DNA of 64,000 nt, taken from the NCBI GenBank assembly GCA_002898395.1, contig BEHE01000002.1, positions 1 to 64,000 on the forward strand, in the 5' to 3' direction. The notes under the pieces were generated by a model, which worked only from the letters and a program-made list of their open reading frames with translations, ran no database searches and had not been told where the DNA came from. A program made the translations under genes and the position numbers. Every line of letters begins with the position of its first letter. Positions within the stretch are counted from its first letter, which is position 1. The DNA is from Candidatus Calditenuaceae archaeon HR02. GTDB taxonomy: Archaea; Thermoproteota; Nitrososphaeria_A; Caldarchaeales; Calditenuaceae. Of this stretch, positions 28,540 through 38,439 are shown in pieces.

Positions 28540-30193
28540 GTGCTATAAGGCCTCCTATTACACTACATCCTCCTTGCTCCCTTATAGTGAGGATACTGTT
28601 CACTGGAAGGTTTTTGTATTCCTCGACAATTCCGCTCGGCCAATATACTGTTAGCCTCTCAATACGTGAAGCCTTGCCCAATCCAAAGTATAACCATGGA
28701 CCATTGTCGGATAGGAAAGATGTTCCTTTCACGACAGTCTGACGGTAGACCTTCCCCGAAGTCTCTATCTCTACTACAGCGCCCACCCCCTCTCGACTAG
28801 TTTTGTAGGTACACGTGCCACACAGCCAGGTACTTCCCTCCAACCTAATCTGAACCCACCGATTGTCTGTACTATTTGATAGCACGTTTCTATATAGTTG
28901 GGGGTATCCTGAGAGGTCGTATAGTAAAAGGTCTATTCCGCCATCAAGGTCTATGTCAACACACGTTAGCCCGCGAAAGTTGCCATGTCTTGCCACACCG
29001 GCCTGCCAAGTAGCGTCGTAGAAAAATTGTCCAATGTTATAGAATATCTTGTTCATTTGGTTTGGGGGTTTATCAGTCCTCACACCTATTTTTCCATTAG
29101 CAATAACAACGTCGAGGAGCCCGTTGTTATCTATATCGAGGATGCATACTCCCCAACCAATTTGGTAGGGGTCTGTTAATCTTAGCCTGGGTGCAATATC
29201 ATTGAAGTAAGAGCCTGTGTATTTTAGGAGTATGTTATCGTCGTAGTTTGTCACTATGATGTCCCAGTATCCATCCAAGTCTATGTCTCCGTACGCTACC
29301 CCCATCCACTGGCCTAGTCTCTCGGCGCCCATGTTTGATGGGGCTCCGGTAAAGCGTCTACCTTCCTCATTCCTGTAAAGTCTGGTATAGCCAAAGTCGT
29401 TAGCCAGGAAAAGGTCTGGGAACCCGTCACTATCATAGTCTATGAAGGTAGGCTGGAATGTATAGCCGTAATCCACTACTCCGAAAATGCCTGCAGACTC
29501 TGTAAAGGTGCCGTCACAATTATTTAGGAACAGTTGGTTGCCCGCCCCCTGGCCGAATATTGTACCACCTCTGACTAAGCGGAGATTAACGTAGTAGCCG
29601 ATATAAAGGTCTAAGCATCCATCCCTATTTACGTCTCCCCAAGCAACCCCCGCAGCATATTTCCCACTAGTATTGAATAGCCCAGCTTCGCGGGTTACCC
29701 GCTTAAATGTGCCGTTGCCCAGATTTTTAAATAGATGTACACTGCCGTATGGCGAGTCATAAAGAGTCACAAGTAGGGAAGCATATCCGCTGTTGTCGTA
29801 GTCAGACCAAGTGCAAGACATACCCTTTTGACTTAGTTCTTTAACTAATAGTCTAGCCTCGCGTGTCGTATCTTCGAACCTGAATCCTCCCTCGTTGCGG
29901 AAAAGTCTCCCTGGGGTGTTCCAACCTACAATGTAGACGTCCAAGTCCCCATCCTTGTCATAATCACCCCAACAGCTCCCTCCACCCGGAATCCAGAAAA
30001 TTTCCGAGTCTTCGACAACTTTCACGTATAGGCCGGCATCTTTAGTAACGTCTAGAAAATAGGGCTTGTTTGGGGGTAGGGATGTAAGAGTTGTGTATTG
30101 GAACGGTATTGCATCACTACTGAAGAGCCAATATGCTAAAAGAACAAAAAATATCGCGGCTGCGTATTTCTTTTCTATCCGCTGTCTGCTCAA
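28529..30193 (-). CDS. CRTAC1-like FG-GAP repeat / ASPIC-UnbV protein, membrane-anchored
   Basis: Repeats WGDYDKDGDLD, DVNRDGCLDLY, DYDSDGFPDL, DIDNNGLLD; C-terminal GAVVE..GTSFLS..LYFGLG..VYWPSG. Confidence 0.92.
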   Translation of the reverse strand: MSRQRIEKKYAAAIFFVLLAYWLFSSDAIPFQYTTLTSLPPNKPYFLDVTKDAGLYVKVVEDSEIFWIPGGGSCWGDYDKDGDLDVYIVGWNTPGRLFRNEGGFRFEDTTREARLLVKELSQKGMSCTWSDYDNSGYASLLVTLYDSPYGSVHLFKNLGNGTFKRVTREAGLFNTSGKYAAGVAWGDVNRDGCLDLYIGYYVNLRLVRGGTIFGQGAGNQLFLNNCDGTFTESAGIFGVVDYGYTFQPTFIDYDSDGFPDLFLANDFGYTRLYRNEEGRRFTGAPSNMGAERLGQWMGVAYGDIDLDGYWDIIVTNYDDNILLKYTGSYFNDIAPRLRLTDPYQIGWGVCILDIDNNGLLDVVIANGKIGVRTDKPPNQMNKIFYNIGQFFYDATWQAGVARHGNFRGLTCVDIDLDGGIDLLLYDLSGYPQLYRNVLSNSTDNRWVQIRLEGSTWLCGTCTYKTSREGVGAVVEIETSGKVYRQTVVKGTSFLSDNGPWLYFGLGKASRIERLTVYWPSGIVEEYKNLPVNSILTIREQGGCSVIGGLIAHEG

Positions 30194-31170
30194 ACCTCTA
30201 TCATTTTACCCAGTCTGTGAGACTCGTTCGCCATTATTGTAAGTTCGAGTGTTTTGTATGCGTCGGAATAGGGGGAGAGTATACGCGACTGGTCTCCACT
30301 CTGAACTGCCTCGAAAAATGTTTTCAGCTCCTCAAAGTATGGGTCAACGGTACTCCTCAGTTCTTCAACTCTATTATTCCTGTAAAATATGATCTTTCTT
30401 TGATGTCCGGCAATGTCTACCACCAGTCCCCTAGCAAATATCCGAAGAAAGGTTTCCTGCATCGTATTCACGCTCTTCCAAGTAGCTACTACAGTCGATG
30501 TGACACCGCTTCTATGCCTGATAGTAATTATGGATGAGTCTTCAACATCTGTAGTTTCCTCCTTCGAGAGCCTCCTCTCTAATCTAGCGTAAACCGAGGC
30601 AGCCTCACCTGCGAAATATCTTATAAGATCGATAGTGTGTGTTACTTGCTCGACTATCTGTCCACCACTCGAGGCCTTCTGTAGCCACCAGTGGTTTGGA
30701 GGGAAGTTAGCAGCCCAAACATATTGCCCGTATATCATCCCTATATCACTAGGATCAGATAGTGTATTTTTCGCCAACCGAACTACATCAAGATATCGCC
30801 ACATATATCCTACACTGTTAACAACTCCTTTCTTCTCGATCTTACGAAGTATCCGTGAGGCCACTTCGAGGTTTATTGCAACCGGCTTCTCTATGAAGAG
30901 GTGCACTCCATGTTCGAGTACCTCCTCCTCGAATCCATGCGCATTCGGTGGCACAGCTATTAACGCCGCGTCAGGCTTCGTATCTGAGACCGCTTTTACA
31001 GGGTCTGAATATGCACTGCAGCCGAACCTATTCGCGAATTCTTCCGCCCTCTCCTTCACAACATCAACACATGCCACCACTCGAGCAACATCCCTTAATG
31101 ATGTAAGACTCTTTGCATGGACATTCATTATCCCACCGCAACCAATCAAGACTACTCTTAATGGTTTCAC
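30190..31170 (-). CDS. Gfo/Idh/MocA NAD(P)-dependent oxidoreductase
   Basis: IGCGGI, FIEKPVA, VGYMWRY, SGGQIVEQVTHTID. Confidence 0.93.
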   Translation of the reverse strand: MKPLRVVLIGCGGIMNVHAKSLTSLRDVARVVACVDVVKERAEEFANRFGCSAYSDPVKAVSDTKPDAALIAVPPNAHGFEEEVLEHGVHLFIEKPVAINLEVASRILRKIEKKGVVNSVGYMWRYLDVVRLAKNTLSDPSDIGMIYGQYVWAANFPPNHWWLQKASSGGQIVEQVTHTIDLIRYFAGEAASVYARLERRLSKEETTDVEDSSIITIRHRSGVTSTVVATWKSVNTMQETFLRIFARGLVVDIAGHQRKIIFYRNNRVEELRSTVDPYFEELKTFFEAVQSGDQSRILSPYSDAYKTLELTIMANESHRLGKMIEV

Positions 31171-31176
31171 AAAACG

Positions 31177-31965
31177 TCACCCATATCGCGAAATGAATTT
31201 AACGAATTTACGCAGCTCCTCGAAGGGGTCTCCAGTTATTCTACACTCTAGTGAAAAATAGTTGTCATACCCCTTCGATAGGAGTGTTTTTATCGGTGTG
31301 AAATCTGTATGACCGTATCCTGGAAGCTGGCGGTTGCTATCTGCTAAATGCACGTGAACTATGTGTCTCGATGCCTGGGAAAGGGCGTCCGAGATGTTGC
31401 TTTCTTCTATGTTCATGTGGAAGAAATCGGCCATTAATTTCAGACCATTGGAGCCCACTTCCTCGATGATTTCCAATCCTTGTTCAAGCCTATTTATGAG
31501 ATGTGTCTCATACCTGTTGAGAGGTTCCAAGATGGCACACACGCCGAGCTCTTCCCCTTTCCTAGCCAGAATCCTACATTCTGCCACTAGGAGCCTCTTT
31601 TCAAGCTCCACCACGCTTTGATACAGTGGCGATAGGTCGGGAAGCTTTGCGCCTCCGAAGGTTGGGACAAATATAACGCCAATAGCCCCAATCTCTCTAG
31701 CCCATTCGAGCCTCTGGAGTATATCCTCAACCGCCCTCACCCTCGCATCTTTCTCTGGACTCATAAGGTCGCCACCATACCCGGCGCAGATAACTGAGGG
31801 CTTCACCTTAAAGGAGGCCAGCAACTCCTTCACCTCTCTGATCTTCTCTCCCAATTGTTGTCGACCCCATAGCTCAATACCGCTAAAGCCCAACTTCTCT
31901 AGATTCTCAAGCTTCTCCGCGAGAGTGTAGCCCGGTACTAAGTTGTCTTGGCAAGAAAGTTTCAC
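31177..31965 (-). CDS. sugar phosphate isomerase/epimerase (AP-endonuclease-2 TIM barrel)
   Basis: LEPLNRYE, DFFHMNIEE, HVHLADSNR..PGYGHTDF, SLEC. Confidence 0.92.
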   Translation of the reverse strand: MKLSCQDNLVPGYTLAEKLENLEKLGFSGIELWGRQQLGEKIREVKELLASFKVKPSVICAGYGGDLMSPEKDARVRAVEDILQRLEWAREIGAIGVIFVPTFGGAKLPDLSPLYQSVVELEKRLLVAECRILARKGEELGVCAILEPLNRYETHLINRLEQGLEIIEEVGSNGLKLMADFFHMNIEESNISDALSQASRHIVHVHLADSNRQLPGYGHTDFTPIKTLLSKGYDNYFSLECRITGDPFEELRKFVKFISRYG

Positions 31966-32002
31966 GCCTCATCACAGTTTGTAGAGGAATATAACGTTTT
32001 GA

Positions 32003-33910
32003 TTACCAGGGCCATATCCACGAGGCCTTTGAAAGTAGCGTAAACGAAATTCCAATGCCTACCGTGATGCCTAGCCCCGAGAAGAATCCCGCTATGAAGA
32101 AGTTTTTCACAGACTCCCACCTCTCCCTACCGAAGGATCTTGAGATGACTAGGTTTGCTAATAGAGAGCCGATCAGGATTGTTAGGGCGTATGGCGGGAG
32201 TATAAAGAACCCTAGCACCAAAGGGAATGTAGGGAGAGCTAGACCAATTCTTTGGAAGAAGGCTTCGAGGGATACTAACCCGAGAGCCGACAGCGCGCCA
32301 ATTCCGAGGTGTTCAGGTATCACGGCGATCTGTCGCGTAGCGAATAGGCTGTCATTAGTCGCGAAGATTGGCCAGTAAATCATCGTTATTGGATAGACAT
32401 TTGAAGGGATAGGTGAAAGCCTCCAAAAGAAGTCCATGGCGATTAATCCAATAATACCAACTAGTGTGAAGGCAGCTGCTACCCCTATGAAGTAGTGTGT
32501 CGGGCGCGTGGAAGTGAGGTAGCTGACCTTCCCCAGCTGGGTTAAGTATCCTGTATATCCCAAGTTGATATAGGGTGAGTAGACCCACCCCGCATAACCT
32601 TTATACGGGGTGAAATAGACGATAACCTGCCACGGCCAAGGTATTGCGGGGAAATATCCCACCTCGCCTAAGGACCTTGCCGCTACCATAGCTATGAAGA
32701 AGCTAAGCCCAACAGAAGTAAGGAGTGCTACCCACATAGGAAAGCCGGGGACCAACACCATGAATAAGACTACCGACCCAAGCGACGCGAATAGGAATAG
32801 GAATAGGGAGAATCTCAAGGGAAGGTCTGCTTCCCTAGGCTTGATAACTGCGGATGCGAATAGCCTCAGGCTCCTTGAAAAGGTTTTACGATATGCTAGG
32901 ATCAATGCGATTGCGATACCCATTATGAATCCGAATTGTGGGCTAATCCATATCCTCTGGAATGACCTCTGATATATTGAGCCTATGGTCATTCCCCTGT
33001 AGTATTCAGAGAACCAGAGAGGAAAGAAGTCGGGTGAAGAGGTGAATATAGTATTGGCTACGATCCAGATTGCGGTAGATCCTATCAGGGTTGATGCCGC
33101 AATCTTAATTGGAAGGACCATTCCCAGTCCAAGTGTGAAGGGGTCTGTGGCGATTCCTACCAGAGCTCCGGGAATATACTTCTCGGTAAGCCAGACAAGG
33201 TCAAACCAGGGTATGGGCAGGAGAGGGACGCCGAATAGGAAACCTGCATAAGTCATGAATGCATAGATAACTCCTGTAAGTATACCAAGTATGTATATGG
33301 ACATCTGCTGCTCCTTCCTTTCAATTAGGACGCTTATTAGAGACGCCTCAACGTGTGCTAAAGGATACCTTAGTTTCTCCTCTTTGACGAATATATATGT
33401 GAACATAATTGCTAGGCCTATCTCGGCCATGGCCAACAGGGCGAACGACAATCCAGTCACGATCAACGCTGAGAGCCAATCGGGGTGAAGGAGCGTCCTC
33501 AGCTGGTAGACAGGCGAGAAGCTAGGCGGCGCCAGCCACGTCGGTACTAGTTGGTTGATAGGGGTTCCATCAATCAAGAAATACTGGGTAATAGGTGTGG
33601 TTACATAGAATGTTCTATAGACTAGCCAGTAGTAGGGGGGGAGTGTGGAGGACATGACTGCAACGCTGCTGTAAATGACGAATAACTCCTGCTTTCTGAG
33701 CGGGCTTCCAAAAAATCTTGTAAGCTCTGCGAAAAGTATAGCTATTATTGTGACCGCAATTGCTGGCGAGAGTGCGCCGGATATAAGGTTAAGATAAAGT
33801 GAGACGGGTATGAATAGGACCGCTGCGGTCAAGATTGCGAGAATCGCCCTCCATGAAATTCCATATTCCAGTTCTTCAGAGGGCTGAGTTTCCTTCAGCT
33901 CCGTCACCAA
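32003..33910 (-). CDS. OPT-superfamily membrane protein ('peptide transporter'-like)
   Basis: Many TM helices, GISWRA, PLRKQEL, EEKLRYPL; related to 34032..36125. Confidence 0.72.
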   Translation of the reverse strand: MVTELKETQPSEELEYGISWRAILAILTAAVLFIPVSLYLNLISGALSPAIAVTIIAILFAELTRFFGSPLRKQELFVIYSSVAVMSSTLPPYYWLVYRTFYVTTPITQYFLIDGTPINQLVPTWLAPPSFSPVYQLRTLLHPDWLSALIVTGLSFALLAMAEIGLAIMFTYIFVKEEKLRYPLAHVEASLISVLIERKEQQMSIYILGILTGVIYAFMTYAGFLFGVPLLPIPWFDLVWLTEKYIPGALVGIATDPFTLGLGMVLPIKIAASTLIGSTAIWIVANTIFTSSPDFFPLWFSEYYRGMTIGSIYQRSFQRIWISPQFGFIMGIAIALILAYRKTFSRSLRLFASAVIKPREADLPLRFSLFLFLFASLGSVVLFMVLVPGFPMWVALLTSVGLSFFIAMVAARSLGEVGYFPAIPWPWQVIVYFTPYKGYAGWVYSPYINLGYTGYLTQLGKVSYLTSTRPTHYFIGVAAAFTLVGIIGLIAMDFFWRLSPIPSNVYPITMIYWPIFATNDSLFATRQIAVIPEHLGIGALSALGLVSLEAFFQRIGLALPTFPLVLGFFILPPYALTILIGSLLANLVISRSFGRERWESVKNFFIAGFFSGLGITVGIGISFTLLSKASWIWPW

Positions 33911-34003
33911 ATCGATTACATTCCAAGTGATATCGGCTTTTTTATAGGTTTATCCGTAAAATAATCAATCTTATTTTAATCGATTGCAAGTAAGATTTAT
34001 ATA
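33910..34003. promoter_or_regulatory. divergent promoter with repeated AATCGATT palindromes
   Basis: AATCGATTACA (33910) and AATCTTA-TTTT-AATCGATT-GCAAG-TAAGATT (33967-33997) abutting TTTATATA. Confidence 0.55.
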
Positions 34004-34031
34004 AGAGTATGTCACTTGCTTAATCGAGAAA

Positions 34032-36125
34032 ATGAGCGCACAATCTACCTCGGTTATAAGAGGATTAACCGTAAGGTCCATATTGATCGGTGCAATTCTG
34101 GTTATCGTTGCTCAAGCAATAGGGGACATGACATGGCTATACACGTCGAAGACAGGCACAATCAACGCCTTCTGGCTACCCTTCATCTATATCGTTCTAC
34201 TCAACGAGCTGATAGGGCGTACAAATCCACGGCTTAGGCTTACTGCACAAGAGCTCGTTTGTATCTTCCCAGCGCTAGCCCTTGTAAACAGCATAAAGTA
34301 TTACCCGAAGGGCGCCTTGAGCGGTGGCGAGGCTCTTTCAGGCTACATAGAGAAAACGATTGTATCGGTAGGAGCTGGGATGAACGATCCCACTACAGGG
34401 GAGTATTGGAGGATGATGACACCGCCCTGGATGTTCCCAAAGGATCCCACGATGATAGCGGCTTGGCAGACAGGGTTGACGCCAGGCCAACAAATTCTCT
34501 GGGGAGAGTTCCTTCCACCGATAATATACTGGTCACTGTACACCATTCTGATGTACTATCTAGCGCTCTTCCTCGGGTTCGGCGTTTGGGGGAGAAGATG
34601 GGTTGATGTAGAGCGCCTCATATTTCCACTCTCAATCCCAATGATATACATGATACATAACGCATCTGACATTGATCCGGAAACGAATAAGTCGAGATGG
34701 TTCCGATTGCAAGAGCCAACTCTTAGAGTCTTCTGGGTGTCTTTCTTCATAGGTCTAATAGCTTCGCTTATACCGGTTTTTGGCGAGGTTGTTCCTCCGT
34801 TAGCCGTCTTCGGAGCATTCGCTTGGGGAGAGCAGCCATTACTGATTTTCGGGCTTCCATCGATAATGCCAGGCGCAATGGCAAAGGGTGTATTCCAAGT
34901 CGACCAAGTGGCGCTCTGGTTATTGCTTCCAAACAATCTACTCATAACGGCTGTACTTGCGTATGTGGTTTTTGGCCTCCTCTATCAGTGGATCGGCGTC
35001 ATAAGTGGAGCACTACCCTACAACCCTGGGATGGAGTTCCTTTGGAACTGGGAAGATATTCCGGCCAACTGGTTCCCATTCCCGTATAGACATGTAGGGA
35101 TACTAGGGATGATGGTGGGGCTAGGCATAATTACGTTGATAACGCTTAGGTCACGATTTGTGGAGCTTGCCCGTGCATTGAGAGGAAGGTCTGAAAACGA
35201 GTATGGGCTGTCTACGAGATCTATTGCCTGGTTTGGGCTCATAGTCACAATAGCGATTTTAGCTCTCTTCACAGCATCCGGGGTCCCATTCATCATCGCT
35301 TTAGCGATGGTGGTGTTCGCATACATCTACTGGACCGCACTGGCTAGAGTAACCGCGACTTTGTGGTGGCACGTCGACGACTTCGCAAACAACGGAGGAG
35401 TGGGTACTTACATCTTCCCGCTGGGCGTAGCGTTAGGATATTGGCCGGCTACAGTACCCACAACCGGTACCACGAACTTCGGGCTCTTCGCCACAGGCAT
35501 ACTCACTATCCCATTCAACAATACATGGACTCTGAGGGTCAACGGTTTCGGACCAGGAGCCGCCGTAACCTACTACAAGATTGCCAGAGAGACAGGCACT
35601 AATGTCCGAGACGCTATAGTGGCCGCTACAACGATTATTGCAATTGGCGTAGTGTTTGGGTACGTGTGGAGGATATGGCTCCTCAACCATGCTGGAGGCC
35701 TTGCAAACTCTAATGCGTGGGCTTGGACAGCCGGCATGAAGTTCAGCAACTTCATAGGTGGGACATCTTACGTACCTGTTGGAGCCACAGATTGGGTACC
35801 AGGCCTCACCTATGGACTGGTAGGAATCATAATAATCGCCGTTGTCTGGTTCCTAAGGTCAAGGTTTGCATGGTTCTTCATCGACCCAACCTCGCTGACC
35901 ATGAGCATGGCGGTAGGTCTGATATGGACTTGGCTATCGGGACTGGTGGCCCTAATAATCAAGGTAGTACTGATCAGGACTATAGGTGTGAGAAGATTCG
36001 AGTCATACGTTATCCCCATTGCAGCGGGTATATCACTTGGCTTCGGCGCGCCAATCCTCCTAGCAGGACTAATAGAGTTCTTCGCTGTGGTGCTGCCGAG
36101 ATTCTCAGCCCAATTCGTACCCTAA
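34032..36125 (+). CDS. OPT-superfamily membrane protein (DUF6785/DUF6784-like)
   Basis: GLTVRS, LTAQEL, W..PIIYW, RRWVDVERLIFPL, RSRFAWFFIDP, LIIK..G. Confidence 0.75.
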   Translation: MSAQSTSVIRGLTVRSILIGAILVIVAQAIGDMTWLYTSKTGTINAFWLPFIYIVLLNELIGRTNPRLRLTAQELVCIFPALALVNSIKYYPKGALSGGEALSGYIEKTIVSVGAGMNDPTTGEYWRMMTPPWMFPKDPTMIAAWQTGLTPGQQILWGEFLPPIIYWSLYTILMYYLALFLGFGVWGRRWVDVERLIFPLSIPMIYMIHNASDIDPETNKSRWFRLQEPTLRVFWVSFFIGLIASLIPVFGEVVPPLAVFGAFAWGEQPLLIFGLPSIMPGAMAKGVFQVDQVALWLLLPNNLLITAVLAYVVFGLLYQWIGVISGALPYNPGMEFLWNWEDIPANWFPFPYRHVGILGMMVGLGIITLITLRSRFVELARALRGRSENEYGLSTRSIAWFGLIVTIAILALFTASGVPFIIALAMVVFAYIYWTALARVTATLWWHVDDFANNGGVGTYIFPLGVALGYWPATVPTTGTTNFGLFATGILTIPFNNTWTLRVNGFGPGAAVTYYKIARETGTNVRDAIVAATTIIAIGVVFGYVWRIWLLNHAGGLANSNAWAWTAGMKFSNFIGGTSYVPVGATDWVPGLTYGLVGIIIIAVVWFLRSRFAWFFIDPTSLTMSMAVGLIWTWLSGLVALIIKVVLIRTIGVRRFESYVIPIAAGISLGFGAPILLAGLIEFFAVVLPRFSAQFVP

Positions 36126-36170
36126 AACCTTTTTTCTACCCGTATACCCCCTCCTATTAGTGGATGAAAA

Positions 36171-36806
36171 GTGAGCGAGCTAGAGACTATCAAGCTTGCT
36201 CTTGGCGACAAGGTTTCCAACATTGCGTGGGACCTTGATGGGTGGGTCATTCAACTGAAGAATTCAAACTTGCTCAACCTCAAAATATCTCGAAGGCTGG
36301 TGGGAATATCTTTTGACTGGGAATGGCACTTCGTGACAACATTAATTATGCATGAGGAGGTTGACGAGGCTGGGTTACACTTGTATAGAGAGATGAAACG
36401 TAGAGAGGTCCAGATAAGGAGGAGGGGTATACTGAGATATTCTTACGAGTGGGTGACCGGTGAGCTGCTTATCAAGGTTTTCCCCGAACTACCGCCCGCG
36501 AATGACTTACTTATCTCGCTAAACAGAGACGAAAACCTCCAGCACTTACTTAGACGGTCTTCAATAGATGAGCTCTACATAAACACTTACTTTGAGCTTG
36601 GGGGAGCCAGCCTATCCGACCAGGCCCTTAGAAAATATTATGAGTCGCCCACGATGGTTGGATGGCTTATAACCGCGATCAAAGGACCAGGCTCTGAGTG
36701 GAGGTTCGGCCCAATTGTTAAGCGGATCTATGAACTGCTCGACTATCTTGCCGGTAAGCTCCTAGAGTTCTCTAGGGAGCTTGAGTCGAGGCTCGCTTTC
36801 CTATGA
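36171..36806 (+). CDS. hypothetical soluble protein
   Basis: 211-aa ORF filling the gap downstream of the OPT-like gene; no recognised motif. Confidence 0.65.
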   Translation: MSELETIKLALGDKVSNIAWDLDGWVIQLKNSNLLNLKISRRLVGISFDWEWHFVTTLIMHEEVDEAGLHLYREMKRREVQIRRRGILRYSYEWVTGELLIKVFPELPPANDLLISLNRDENLQHLLRRSSIDELYINTYFELGGASLSDQALRKYYESPTMVGWLITAIKGPGSEWRFGPIVKRIYELLDYLAGKLLEFSRELESRLAFL

Positions 36807-38351
36807 TACGCTACAAATCTCGATGTTTCTTATCTTAGCGATGCAGGTGATGTGTTGATATACTGTATGGAGAGATGCGCTGGTGAGCTGCCACCTGGCG
36901 CGCCAGTCAATAATGATGTAGTTACTGTCAAGAATGTCTCTCACAATTTTCTCCTGTACTTTCTGTTCGTGTATAGGCCAGGAACTGTATAGCTCTCCCG
37001 AAAAATACTTCAAGATCGCCTCGAAGAAACTGTAGCTTCCCAAGCCCATGCCTTCATACATCATGTATCCGTATGAGTCTATCACCATGTTTGATGGATA
37101 CTCTCTGGACAGGAAGGTGTATATGGGTTCGAAGGCAATCACAGAAAAGTGGGATGCCCCCATCTCTATCAGTAACTGGGATACCCTGACTGGCGTGTCA
37201 TCTCTTGTCGCAGGAGGATTATATACGGATATTATTCCGGCTTGTATCAAAGCCATAGAAAGTATCCAGATTGGGGTAATTTTCGTCAGGAAGACGTGGG
37301 TTATTGACGTCTTCCAAGGCACAAGCCTCAACCTTGACCCTAACTCTACAGCCACGCCTATAACATAGGAAAGCGGAGTTATGATGTGTTGGATATAGTG
37401 GCCGAAGAAGGTCTTGGTCAGAGAGAACGCTATTATATAAGAGAGGCTCCACATCGCCCAAAGATATATGTCATTAGACACAAGCTTAGAGCGGACTAGA
37501 GATGGAGCCATGAGAAGGGCTAAAAAGAGAGATGGGAAACCAGCCCAAGTTACGCCTAAATCCAAAATAGATGTTAACATCCAGCGTAACCGCTCTGTCT
37601 GAGCTATACCGTCTGAGGGGCGTACTATATGAAAGAGTATCGTCTGCTTTAGGTAGGTGTCGGGTTCGGCCAATATGTATTTTGAACTAATCAATAGATA
37701 GGTAATGATGGCTGATGAGAAAATGAGTGTGGATACCCGGATTCTTCTCGACACTATTGCATGTAGCAGGATTGCACCTGCCCCGAAGAGGCCGCTCATT
37801 TTAGAGGAGAGTGACAACCCCAATGCAAGCCCGGAAGTAGCCGACAGTATAGCTTCCTGGGTAGGAGTTCGGCATTTACGAAGTAACACGTAACTGAGAA
37901 CAGAGACTGAGAGAAAGAAGTCGACATATGGCTCGAGCATGACCATTCGCGAATTATAGGAGGCAAATCCATCAAGGGCCAGAAAGGCTGTGCCTATTAG
38001 CGCTGCCAGCTTTCCCACTGACATGTATGCTGCAGCGGCTAGAACAATCAAAGTCGCGGATCCTAGCATTGCTGATATGGCCCTAGCACGTGCATATGCT
38101 TGGGGCCCTCCATCGCCCACAACAAATTCCAGGACATGGAGAGAGAGTGGCGGGTGGGCGAAAAAGAAGTCAATATAGGGTGTATAACCTTTAGATAGGA
38201 GTAGGGATGCTGAGAGGTGAACTCCCTCGTCATAGTCGTGCCATCCGCTCTCAGCCCCCAGGTTTGAGAACCTTACCATGATTCCCGCTAAAACGACACC
38301 AGCTAATGCAATAATGTACAGTATGCGATTGGCATTAAGCATCGACACCAT
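36801..38351 (-). CDS. GT-C fold membrane glycosyltransferase (ArnT/PMT-like)
   Basis: YDEGVH, PYIDFFFAHPP, RMVMLEP, F.HY; many TM helices. Confidence 0.82.
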   Translation of the reverse strand: MVSMLNANRILYIIALAGVVLAGIMVRFSNLGAESGWHDYDEGVHLSASLLLSKGYTPYIDFFFAHPPLSLHVLEFVVGDGGPQAYARARAISAMLGSATLIVLAAAAYMSVGKLAALIGTAFLALDGFASYNSRMVMLEPYVDFFLSVSVLSYVLLRKCRTPTQEAILSATSGLALGLSLSSKMSGLFGAGAILLHAIVSRRIRVSTLIFSSAIITYLLISSKYILAEPDTYLKQTILFHIVRPSDGIAQTERLRWMLTSILDLGVTWAGFPSLFLALLMAPSLVRSKLVSNDIYLWAMWSLSYIIAFSLTKTFFGHYIQHIITPLSYVIGVAVELGSRLRLVPWKTSITHVFLTKITPIWILSMALIQAGIISVYNPPATRDDTPVRVSQLLIEMGASHFSVIAFEPIYTFLSREYPSNMVIDSYGYMMYEGMGLGSYSFFEAILKYFSGELYSSWPIHEQKVQEKIVRDILDSNYIIIDWRARWQLTSASLHTVYQHITCIAKIRNIEICSVS

Positions 38352-38439
38352 GTAACTGCCCCTTTATTGGAAATTGTAAAATTAATAGATGAATATTCTG
38401 AATAAGACTTATACGCCGCGTTCACGGATGTAGGGTAGA

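Noticed and set aside
30635-31261. Long antisense or alternate-frame ORFs (e.g. 30635..31261, 46204..46764, 39327..39803, 18466..18903)
   Set aside because: Shadows of well-supported genes on the other strand, with no motifs of their own.
31960-31980. Minus-strand GTGATGA here and near 44515 as C boxes
   Set aside because: No properly spaced D'/C'/D boxes. More likely SD or promoter sequence.
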